From positions 1,446 through 65,445 of the forward strand of contig JAZQMO010000028.1 of assembly GCA_045543495.1 (NCBI GenBank): DNA of 64,000 nt, given 5' to 3'. The first letter of the stretch is position 1. Each line of letters begins with the position of its first letter. The notes under the pieces were generated by a model, which worked only from the letters and a program-made list of their open reading frames with translations, made no database searches and had not been told where the DNA came from. Below are positions 29,762 to 38,007 of this stretch, piece by piece. The stretch comes from Eubacteriales bacterium (GTDB taxonomy: Bacteria; Bacillota; Clostridia; Oscillospirales; SIG627). The position numbers and the translations under genes were made by a program.

Positions 29762-30973
29762 ATGGCAGAATCGGTTTCTCAATCGAAGGATCCCGCATCC
29801 ATTCGACCGAAGAATACGAAAAAGAGCATTTTGCCCCGCCGTAAGCCCCGCTCTGTGCAAAGACTCCGTTCCGGTATTGATTGGCCCTTTGCGGTTCTTG
29901 TGATGTTCCTGTTGTCCATCGGCACCATCTTTGTTTTTTCCTCCAGTTATATTTACGCCAAGGCCAATTATGACGACAGCTACTTTTTCATTCGCAAGCA
30001 GGTGGGCTGGGTCCTTTTGGCACTTGTGGTCATTTATATCGTCACCCGCTATGTGGATTACCTGATCCTCAAGCGCCTTGCCATTCCCATTTTCCTTGTT
30101 TCCTACGCCTTGCTGTGGTGTGTATTCTTCTTCGGAGCGGATGCCAACGGTGCCAAAAGATGGATCTACATCGGCGGCTTTAGTGTTCAGCCCTCGGAGA
30201 TCATCAAATTCTCCGTTATTTTGATCATATCGGCCTATCTTGTGTGGCTGGATACCAAGGGAAGGGATCTTGTCCGAACTTGGAAATACGGCATTTGGCC
30301 CTTCGTTGTTCTGGTGGGAATGATCGGCCTGCCCCTTTATAAGCAGCCTCACCTTTCCGCTATGATCATTGTGTTTGCCATCATTTATATTATGATGTAC
30401 TTTGGCGGAGTAAAAGGGAAGATCCTTTTGCTTGGCCTCGGTGTCGGTGCCGCTCTGATGCTGGCGCTGATCCTCTTTACCTCTCACGGCCAAAGCCGAA
30501 TTAACGCTTGGCTTCACCCTGAGCTTGACCCCTTGGGAGACGGCTGGCAGCCCCTCCAGAGCCTTTACGCCATCGGATCGGGTGGCCTGTGGGGTGTGGG
30601 TCTCGGTCAATCCATGCAAAAGCATCTGTATCTGCCCGAGCCGCAGAATGACTACATTTTTGCCGTCATTTGCGAGGAAATGGGCTTCGTCTTTGCCGTC
30701 GCCGTGATCATTCTGTTCCTGCTTCTCATTTGGCGGGGCTACTATATTGCGAAAAATGCACCTTCCAAATTCTCCTCTATGATGGTAATGGGAATTATCA
30801 CACAGGTGGGAATTCAGGTGTTTCTGAATATCGGCGTCGTTTCGGGCGCCTTGCCCAGTACGGGCGTATCCTTGCCGTTTTTCAGCTATGGCGGATCCTC
30901 TCTTTTGATCCTGATGGCAGAAATGGGCATCGTGCTTAATGTATCTCGCTATTCCTATACGGAAAAGGCATAA
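29762..30973 (+). CDS. ftsW: SEDS family peptidoglycan glycosyltransferase FtsW/SpoVE
   Basis: FtsW/RodA signature LPEPQNDYIFAVICEEMG. ATG 29762 has AAGGAG upstream. Confidence 0.9.
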   Translation: MAESVSQSKDPASIRPKNTKKSILPRRKPRSVQRLRSGIDWPFAVLVMFLLSIGTIFVFSSSYIYAKANYDDSYFFIRKQVGWVLLALVVIYIVTRYVDYLILKRLAIPIFLVSYALLWCVFFFGADANGAKRWIYIGGFSVQPSEIIKFSVILIISAYLVWLDTKGRDLVRTWKYGIWPFVVLVGMIGLPLYKQPHLSAMIIVFAIIYIMMYFGGVKGKILLLGLGVGAALMLALILFTSHGQSRINAWLHPELDPLGDGWQPLQSLYAIGSGGLWGVGLGQSMQKHLYLPEPQNDYIFAVICEEMGFVFAVAVIILFLLLIWRGYYIAKNAPSKFSSMMVMGIITQVGIQVFLNIGVVSGALPSTGVSLPFFSYGGSSLLILMAEMGIVLNVSRYSYTEKA

Positions 30974-30992
30974 ATTCATTGGAGGTAATGCA

Positions 30993-32096
30993 TTGAAAGT
31001 TGTACTCAGCGGCGGTGGAACCGCAGGTCATATCAATCCCGCCTTATCCATCGCAAAGACCATTCTGGAAAAGGAGCCGGGCAGTCAGATCCTCTTTGTG
31101 GGAACCCCCAAGGGGATGGAAAACCGTTTGGTTGCCAAGGAAGGCTTTCCCATTCGTCATGTGGAAATTCAGGGCTTCCAGAGAAAACTCAGCGTAAAGA
31201 ACCTCAAAACTGCCGTTTTGGCGGTAACGAGTGTTGGAAAAGCAAAAAAGATCCTTCGTGAATTCCGTCCCGATGTGGTGATCGGCACCGGCGGATATGT
31301 CTCTTGGCCCGTTCTTAAGGCCGCCGCCTCTATGAAGATCCCCACTCTTATCCACGAGCAAAACGCCACCCCCGGCCTGACCACACAGCGCCTTTCCAAG
31401 GTAGTGGATACGGTTTGCCTCTCCTTTGAGGAGTCTGTGAAGGCTCTTCCCTGCAAGGAGGAAAAGACCCGTCTCACAGGCAACCCCGTCAGCCCCACCT
31501 TGGGCGAGCTGACCCGAGCAAAAAGCAGAAGTCAGCTTGGCATTACAGGGCCGTACCTGGTTTCCTTCGGCGGCTCCCTCGGTGCCTCTGTAATCAATGA
31601 AACGGTGTTTGAATTGGCAAAGGGCTTTTCTTCCAAAAAGCCCGTATTCCACACCCACGCCTTCGGACAGAGAGAATATGAATTCTATTCCCGCAAGGAA
31701 AAGGAAAGCGGTGTGTGTCGCTTCGGTAATGTAAAGCTTACCGATTATATTTACGATATGCCCCGTCAGCTTGCCGCCGCCGATCTTGTGATCTGCCGTG
31801 CCGGCGCCATCACCTTGGCCGAGCTTGCAGTGACGGGAACTCCCGCCATTCTCATTCCTTCTCCCAATGTGACGGACAATCACCAGTACAAAAATGCTTA
31901 TGTTTACCACCAAAAGGGTGCCGCCGTATTGATCGAGGAAAAGGATCTTTCGGTGGAAAAGCTTACGGCAGAGGTAGAGAGAATCCTCACCTCCCCCGAG
32001 ACCCTTCGTCAAATGAGCGAGAATATGTTGTCCTTGGCCCATCCCGATGCCAATGAGAAAATTTGGGTTGAAGTGAAAAAACTGACGAAGAAGTAA
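30993..32096 (+). CDS. murG: UDP-N-acetylglucosamine--N-acetylmuramyl-(pentapeptide) pyrophosphoryl-undecaprenol GlcNAc transferase
   Basis: GGGTAGHINPALS N-terminus. The probable start is TTG 30993, with GGAGG 7 nt upstream. Confidence 0.93.
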   Translation: MKVVLSGGGTAGHINPALSIAKTILEKEPGSQILFVGTPKGMENRLVAKEGFPIRHVEIQGFQRKLSVKNLKTAVLAVTSVGKAKKILREFRPDVVIGTGGYVSWPVLKAAASMKIPTLIHEQNATPGLTTQRLSKVVDTVCLSFEESVKALPCKEEKTRLTGNPVSPTLGELTRAKSRSQLGITGPYLVSFGGSLGASVINETVFELAKGFSSKKPVFHTHAFGQREYEFYSRKEKESGVCRFGNVKLTDYIYDMPRQLAAADLVICRAGAITLAELAVTGTPAILIPSPNVTDNHQYKNAYVYHQKGAAVLIEEKDLSVEKLTAEVERILTSPETLRQMSENMLSLAHPDANEKIWVEVKKLTKK

Positions 32097-32114
32097 GATT
32101 TGGAGGATCATCCC

Positions 32115-32888
32115 ATGAGTGATGAACTTTCCGTTTTTGCAAAAAAAAGGAAACGAAAAAAGCTGATCCGAACCGTGTTCGTGTCATGCCTTGTGCTTGC
32201 CCTTCTTGGGGTGGGCGGATATTTTGCCCTGACCAAATACCTTGTGGTATCCGAGGTCTCCATACAGGAAACAAGCCTGTATCCCGCCGAGGAGCTTCTG
32301 GCGGCGGCCGCGCCGGAGAAGGGAACACCCCTTGTTCAGGTGTCGAAAAAGGAGATAAGCCGCAGTATAGAAGAGAATTTTCCCTATTTGGTGGATGTGA
32401 AGGTGGAATTTGATCTGCCGGGTCGCATCGTGGTGCACTACACCGAGGATTTTGGTGAGATCAGTGTAGCCTTGGGAAAAGAGCTTTACTGTGTGGATAA
32501 GGATCTGAATGTACTGGCCAAGGAAAGCGTGGATTCCCAAATTCCCCGCATCCGCTTGATCTCGGGAGATGTATCCCGCTGTATCGTAGGGGAGAAATTG
32601 GGCTTCTTTGAAAGCGAGGCCGCCCAGCAGCTTCAAACCATTCTTTTGGCCATGGAGGAAACCGATATCATGGGGCAGGTGCAAATGATCGATGCCCGAG
32701 ATAAATTCAACATCAAGATCCGTTATCTGGATCGCTTTGACCTTTTGATGGGAGATGTGAGTAATATGAAGCACAAATTCCTGATGGTCAAGGAGGTAAG
32801 CCGAGATCTTGCACAGAATCAATGCGCCACCATTGACATTGCCGATCCCGATACTGCCTATGTCAAATTGGGGGAAACCTTGTCCTGA
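32115..32888 (+). CDS. ftsQ: Cell division protein FtsQ/DivIB (POTRA domain)
   Basis: Basic N-terminus, one TM and a POTRA-like segment (VSEVSIQETSLYPAEEL). It occupies the dcw position before ftsZ. Confidence 0.75.
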   Translation: MSDELSVFAKKRKRKKLIRTVFVSCLVLALLGVGGYFALTKYLVVSEVSIQETSLYPAEELLAAAAPEKGTPLVQVSKKEISRSIEENFPYLVDVKVEFDLPGRIVVHYTEDFGEISVALGKELYCVDKDLNVLAKESVDSQIPRIRLISGDVSRCIVGEKLGFFESEAAQQLQTILLAMEETDIMGQVQMIDARDKFNIKIRYLDRFDLLMGDVSNMKHKFLMVKEVSRDLAQNQCATIDIADPDTAYVKLGETLS

Positions 32889-32942
32889 AAATGGTAAATT
32901 TGTGCCAATTTATAAAAAAAATAAGTTTTTTTCAAAAAACTC

Positions 32943-32971
32943 TTGCATTTATAGGAAAAAACGATTACAAT
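32943..32971 (+). promoter_or_regulatory. Sigma-A type promoter upstream of ftsZ
   Basis: TTGCAT at 32943-32948, a 17-nt spacer, then TACAAT at 32966-32971. A purine-rich leader ends in GAGGAGG. Confidence 0.55.
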
Positions 32972-33053
32972 ATGGTTTAAGAGTAGATTACTCTGCCTTA
33001 TTGCGGAATGATTATAGAAAGAAGAAAAGAGAGAGAAAGAGGAGGAATTCCAA

Positions 33054-34202
33054 ATGTCCTACGAAATGGATGCAAGCTACGAAAGCGTAGTGAATATTAA
33101 GGTTGTCGGTGTCGGCGGCGGCGGAAACAATACCGTTTCCCGTATGATCGCCTCCAATGTCAGAGGGGTTGATTTTATCGCTCTGAATACCGACCGTATG
33201 ACCCTCGCTCACACCCAGGCTCCCACTCAGATCGCCATCGGAGAGAGAACCACCAAGGGTAAGGGCGCAGGCGCAAATCCTGCCATCGGTAAGCAGGCTG
33301 CAGAAGAGTCTACCGAAGAGATCACCGAGGCACTCAAGGGTGCTGATATGGTATTCATCACCGCAGGTATGGGTGGCGGTACCGGTACCGGCGGCGCTCC
33401 CGTTGTTGCCAAGATCGCAAAAGAAATGGGCATCCTCACCATCGGTATTGTAACCAAGCCCTTTGCTTTTCAAGGCAAGAAGAGAATGGATCAGGCAGAA
33501 GAGGGTATCAAGTGCCTGTCCGAGTTTGTAGACTCTCTGGTTGTGATCCCCAACGAAAGACTGAAGATGGTCTCCGAGAAGAAGATCACTCTGATGAATG
33601 CGTTTGAAATTGCTGACTCCGTTCTTGCAAACGGTGTTCAGTCCATTTCCGAATTGATCAACGTTCCCGGTATCGTAAACCTCGACTTTGCTGACGTGAC
33701 CACCGTGATGAAGGATGCAGGCCTTGCTCATATGGGCGTAGGCAGTGCAAAGGGTCAGGGCAAGGCAGAGGCTGCTGCCAAGATGGCAATTCAGAGCCCG
33801 CTTCTGGAAACCAGCATTGCAGGTGCCCGCGGCATTATCATCAACATCACCGGTTCCTCCGACATCGGATTTGAAGAGGTTGAGATCGCTTCCTCTATGA
33901 TCCGTGAGCAGGCTCATCCCGATGCCAACATCATCTGGGGTGCTGCATTTGATGAGTCCCTTGAGGATGAGATCAAGGTTACCGTTGTGGCTACCGATTT
34001 CGGTGCCAAGATCGAGACCGCAAAGGCTGAAGCAAAGAACACCGTGGAGGATGATCTGAGCATCATCACCGAGCAGAAGAGTGTTCCCCTGTCCGCTGAA
34101 AAGCAGAAGGAGCTTGCAGAGCTTGTGAAGGATGAAGACAATCTGGATGCCCTCATCGGTATTCTGCAGAACAACCGCAAGAAAACCTATTTTGAGGACT
34201 AA
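33054..34202 (+). CDS. ftsZ: Cell division protein FtsZ
   Basis: Tubulin signature GGGTGTG and a full FtsZ core. The conserved C-terminal peptide is present (LDALIGILQ...). Confidence 0.98.
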   Translation: MSYEMDASYESVVNIKVVGVGGGGNNTVSRMIASNVRGVDFIALNTDRMTLAHTQAPTQIAIGERTTKGKGAGANPAIGKQAAEESTEEITEALKGADMVFITAGMGGGTGTGGAPVVAKIAKEMGILTIGIVTKPFAFQGKKRMDQAEEGIKCLSEFVDSLVVIPNERLKMVSEKKITLMNAFEIADSVLANGVQSISELINVPGIVNLDFADVTTVMKDAGLAHMGVGSAKGQGKAEAAAKMAIQSPLLETSIAGARGIIINITGSSDIGFEEVEIASSMIREQAHPDANIIWGAAFDESLEDEIKVTVVATDFGAKIETAKAEAKNTVEDDLSIITEQKSVPLSAEKQKELAELVKDEDNLDALIGILQNNRKKTYFED

Positions 34203-34217
34203 TTGACCGAAAGGATC

Positions 34218-34247
34218 GAGGGGTACTTGTTACCCCTCTTCTTTTTT
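34218..34247 (+). terminator. Intrinsic terminator after ftsZ
   Basis: 8-bp stem GAGGGGTA / TACCCCTC with a 5-nt loop, followed by TTCTTTTTT. Confidence 0.7.
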
Positions 34248-34253
34248 ACGAAA

Positions 34254-35132
34254 ATGAAGAAAAAACATGCGTTTTTGATCATGGCTCATACCTGCCCCGA
34301 GCAGCTTTCCCTTCTTTTGGAGCTCTTGGATCAGCCTTGGGCCGATCTGTATTTGCATCTGGATCGCCGAGCCCCCTTTTCTCCCGAGGATCTGGGCTAC
34401 CAAGCAAAATATGCCCGCTTGATCTCTCTTCCGAGAAAAAGGGTTTCGTGGGGCGGCAGAAGTCAGATCGATTGCGAGCTCTCACTGATGGAGGCCTCTC
34501 TTGCGGGAGAGTATGCGTATTATCACCTGATCTCGGGTCAGGATCTTCCTCTTGTTCCCATGGATCGATTTTATGCCTTTTTTGAGGAGCACCGTGGCAA
34601 GGAGTGGATCCATTTTGATTCCGATTGTTTGCCCGCCTCGGCTAAGAGTCGCCTTTCCTACTACTGGCTCTTTCAGGAAAAGGAGCGCTGCGGCGGCCTT
34701 TGGTACCGTGCCAACCATACCCTCGTTTCTCTTCAGGAAAGGATCGGGGTGGATCGCACCAAAAAGAGAAATAAGGCATATTATAAAGGAGCCAATTGGT
34801 TCAGCTGCTCCCACGCCTTTCTTTCTTTTGTGATAGCGCAAAAAAAGGAGATCCGTAAGGAGTATGCCTTTACCCGTTGCTGTGATGAGATCTTTTTGCA
34901 AACCCTCTTGATGCACTCTCCCTTTCGGGATCAGCTGTTTGATCAGAGCTTTTCCGATTCCACCCTCTCCAATATGCGCTTTGTGGATTGGGAGCGGGGA
35001 TGTCCCTATACCTTCCGCAGGGAGGATGTGCCCACCCTTCTTTCTTCGGGGCATCTCTTCGGTCGAAAATTTGATCTTAATCGGGATCCCGAAGCGGTGT
35101 GTGAGATCTACCACAGCTTGAAGGAAGGGTAA
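34254..35132 (+). CDS. Glycosyltransferase family 14 (core-2/I-branching, beta-1,6-GlcNAc-transferase-like)
   Basis: MKKKHAFLIMAHTCPEQL..., ...HLISGQDLPL..., ...GANWFSCSH..., ...CDEIFLQTLL... and ...HLFGRKFD... match the bacterial GT14 (Branch) pattern. There is no SD, and the start lies 7 nt after the terminator. Confidence 0.7.
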   Translation: MKKKHAFLIMAHTCPEQLSLLLELLDQPWADLYLHLDRRAPFSPEDLGYQAKYARLISLPRKRVSWGGRSQIDCELSLMEASLAGEYAYYHLISGQDLPLVPMDRFYAFFEEHRGKEWIHFDSDCLPASAKSRLSYYWLFQEKERCGGLWYRANHTLVSLQERIGVDRTKKRNKAYYKGANWFSCSHAFLSFVIAQKKEIRKEYAFTRCCDEIFLQTLLMHSPFRDQLFDQSFSDSTLSNMRFVDWERGCPYTFRREDVPTLLSSGHLFGRKFDLNRDPEAVCEIYHSLKEG

Positions 35133-35157
35133 ACCGCTTCTCATTTTTTATGAATTC

Positions 35158-35186
35158 TTGCTTTTTTTGTCGTAAAATGTTATAAT
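35158..35186 (+). promoter_or_regulatory. Sigma-A type promoter upstream of the LtaS-family gene
   Basis: TTGCTT at 35158-35163, a 17-nt spacer, then TATAAT at 35181-35186 with an extended TGt. Confidence 0.5.
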
Positions 35187-35213
35187 GAATCAGTTTTTTT
35201 GAAAGGATTTGTT

Positions 35214-37106
35214 ATGGTGAAAGAAAAGTGGCTTGGGTTCCGAGATAAGCTTGGAATCTATCTTTATCCTCTTGTGTTCTTTTGTGCTCTCTTCTTCCTT
35301 GATTTTTCATTTCGTGCCGTCTTTTCCCATGTGGCGAGCACAGGCCTTTATCATTGGGCTCCCAATGTGTTCACTCTTTCCTGGTGCGCCATTCTGACCG
35401 TTTTTGTCTTTGTTCTTCCCACGGTGGCGAAAAGGATCGTGATGGGGATCATTTTAGGTGCTTTTTCCATTTTGGCCTTTGTCCACGCCATTTTGTATCA
35501 CGTGGCAGGGAGCTTTCTGTCCTTTTCGGATCTTGCCTTTGCTGAGGACGGCGCCGCCTTTATCAGCCTTCAGTACCTTGCCTTCTCCTGGAAGGTGTAC
35601 GCCGTGTTGCTTCTCAGCATCGCCATCGGCGTGCTGGCGATTTTCTTGGTGCCGAAAAAGAACCCCTATCACTGGATCCCCCTTTGTGTCTGCGCTCTGA
35701 TTTTGGGCGGCAGCATCACGGGAATCGCCCTGACCCACCGTTCCTATTACCGCACGGGAACCGGCGGCAATTTCGTTTGGACCGATACCTATACGCCCGG
35801 CTCCGTCACCGCCAATTATACGGAATTTACCAATCCCAATGAATGTCTCCTTCTTTGCGGTAACTATCAGTATCTGTTCCGCAGTCTGACTCAGTCCTTA
35901 AACGATGTGTTCAATCTCGGTAATATGCGCTCCGATCTGGATGCGTATTATGCCGCCAAGTCCGATGTGGCTGAGGAAAACGAAATGACAGGAGCCTTGA
36001 AGGGGCAAAATGTCATCGCCATTCTCTTGGAATCCATTGATACCTGGATGATCACCGAAGAATTTATGCCAAACCTTTGGGCCTTGCAGCAGGAGAGCAT
36101 CCGTTTTGAAAATCACTATACGCCTCTGTTTTTGAGTGCAGGCACCTTCAATACGGAGTGCGCCTTCAACATTGGCTTTTATCTTCCCGTAACGGGAACC
36201 AGTGCCCGCACCTATGCCACCAATATCTATCCTCAATCCTTGCCCAATTTGTTCCGCAATGCGGGCTATGCCGCCAATTCCTACCATACCTTGGACGGCA
36301 GATTTTATAACCGAGAGGTGGTACACCCCCTTTGGGGCTATGAAAAGTACAACGATCACGACGATATGGAGCTTCAGGGGCTTCAGGTTCGGGATACCAC
36401 TCTGATGGAAGCCTACGATATGATGGTAGGTCACGATAAGCCCTTCTTCAATTATGTGATCACCTACTCGGGCCACGGCCCCTATACCGAAGCAAGAGAG
36501 GACATTGCCGCTCCCCATCTGGAAAAAGCAAAGCTTCTTGCCAAAAACAGCGGCATTACCACCTCCAATATGGATACTTGGGCTCAGTTTGTCCGTGCCA
36601 TCGCCCACGCACAGGAGACAGATGCCTTCATCGGGCAGCTTGTGGCGGCTATGGAGGAGGACGGCAAGATCAACAATACCACACTGGTTCTCTTTGGAGA
36701 TCATTACAGCAAATACCTGACGGATACCTCCTTTGTGATGGCTCTCAAGGGTGTGGATAATATGAATTCCATTTGCCGTACCCCCTTTATGATCTACAGT
36801 AAGAATATTGATGAGCCTGTGAGTGTGGAAAAGGTCACCTCGGCGGTGGATATGCTGCCTACCATTGCCAATCTCTTCGGGCTGGATTATAACCCCCGCT
36901 ACCTCATCGGAAACGATGCCTTCGGAGATCAGGGAGGCTATGTATGCTTCAAGGATTATTCCTGGATCGATTCCGAGATCCACTGGACTCCCGAATACGA
37001 GGGGGAAGAGACCGAGGCCATAAAGGAGCGGTGTGACGAGGTTCGTGAGCTTCTCAATGCTTCGTGGAATACGGTCAAGACCAACTATTTTGCCTACTTG
37101 GAATAG
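35214..37106 (+). CDS. LTA synthase family protein (membrane-anchored sulfatase-fold phosphoglycerol/polyol-phosphate transferase)
   Basis: Five or six N-terminal TMs, then an alkaline-phosphatase/sulfatase-like ectodomain (VIAILLESIDTW...GTFNTECAF...). ATG 35214 has AAGGA 7 nt upstream. Confidence 0.8.
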   Translation: MVKEKWLGFRDKLGIYLYPLVFFCALFFLDFSFRAVFSHVASTGLYHWAPNVFTLSWCAILTVFVFVLPTVAKRIVMGIILGAFSILAFVHAILYHVAGSFLSFSDLAFAEDGAAFISLQYLAFSWKVYAVLLLSIAIGVLAIFLVPKKNPYHWIPLCVCALILGGSITGIALTHRSYYRTGTGGNFVWTDTYTPGSVTANYTEFTNPNECLLLCGNYQYLFRSLTQSLNDVFNLGNMRSDLDAYYAAKSDVAEENEMTGALKGQNVIAILLESIDTWMITEEFMPNLWALQQESIRFENHYTPLFLSAGTFNTECAFNIGFYLPVTGTSARTYATNIYPQSLPNLFRNAGYAANSYHTLDGRFYNREVVHPLWGYEKYNDHDDMELQGLQVRDTTLMEAYDMMVGHDKPFFNYVITYSGHGPYTEAREDIAAPHLEKAKLLAKNSGITTSNMDTWAQFVRAIAHAQETDAFIGQLVAAMEEDGKINNTTLVLFGDHYSKYLTDTSFVMALKGVDNMNSICRTPFMIYSKNIDEPVSVEKVTSAVDMLPTIANLFGLDYNPRYLIGNDAFGDQGGYVCFKDYSWIDSEIHWTPEYEGEETEAIKERCDEVRELLNASWNTVKTNYFAYLE

Positions 37107-37109
37107 CAT

Positions 37110-37147
37110 AAAAAAAGAGAAACGGATTTTCCGTTTCTCTTTTTTTT
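37110..37147. terminator. Bidirectional intrinsic terminator between convergent genes
   Basis: 10-bp stem AGAGAAACGG / CCGTTTCTCT, flanked by an A-run and a T-run. Confidence 0.8.
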
Positions 37148-37155
37148 GCTTTTGT

Positions 37156-37965
37156 TTATTTCTGATCGATATGAACATCCATCTGAGGGAAGGGGATGTT
37201 GATCTCCAGCTTTGAAAAGGCATCGGTCACCTTTTCCAAAAGATCCAGTCGAACCGTCCAATAATCCTCACTCTTGCACCATACTCTCAGGGTATAAACA
37301 AGGGCAGAATCCTTTTGTGCGGTGAGTCTTGCAAAGGGGGCGGGATCCTCCAGAACCAGCTCATTTTGAGAAGCAAGGAGCAGAAGCACCTTTTTCACTC
37401 GCTCGGAATCGGTACCGTAGGCAACGGTGAAATCCAGATCCACACGGCGGGTCTTTTGAGCGGAGTAGTTGGTGATCACGGAATTGATCAGGGTGCTGTT
37501 GGGTACCACGACCTCCTTGTTATCGGTGGTGAACAGGGTGGTGGAAAGCAGGGAAATGCTTTTTACCGTGCCCTCCTTGCCGCCGGATTCCACATAGTCA
37601 CCCACGTGGAAGGGGTGGAAGATCAAAAGCATCAAGCCGCCTGCAAAGTTGGAAAGGCTACCCTGCAAAGCAAGACCGATGGCCAAGCCGCAGGAACCGA
37701 CGATGGCAACCACATTGGTCATGGGAACGCCGAGATTTGCCGCAACGGTCAGAACCAAAACTGCCTTCAAAATAACGGAAACGCAGGTGATCAGAAAGCC
37801 TCTTGCGCCTTCGTCCACCTTTTGAAAGTGGGAATTCTTTTTGATCAGATTCAATAAAAACCCGATCAGCTTCCAGCAAACCACAAGAAGGATGGCAGAG
37901 CCGATCAGCTTTAAGCCGTAGTTTGCAAGGAAAGAGGTGATGCTAGTCCAAATGTTTGTCAGCAT
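37156..37965 (-). CDS. Mechanosensitive ion channel family protein (MscS-like)
   Basis: Three N-terminal TMs and an MscS beta-domain (LMLLIFHPFHVGDYVE...GTV). Confidence 0.85.
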   Translation of the reverse strand: MLTNIWTSITSFLANYGLKLIGSAILLVVCWKLIGFLLNLIKKNSHFQKVDEGARGFLITCVSVILKAVLVLTVAANLGVPMTNVVAIVGSCGLAIGLALQGSLSNFAGGLMLLIFHPFHVGDYVESGGKEGTVKSISLLSTTLFTTDNKEVVVPNSTLINSVITNYSAQKTRRVDLDFTVAYGTDSERVKKVLLLLASQNELVLEDPAPFARLTAQKDSALVYTLRVWCKSEDYWTVRLDLLEKVTDAFSKLEINIPFPQMDVHIDQK

Positions 37966-38007
37966 ATTAAGTCTCCTTTGAAATTTATTTTTTCCTTTCG
38001 GAAGAAA

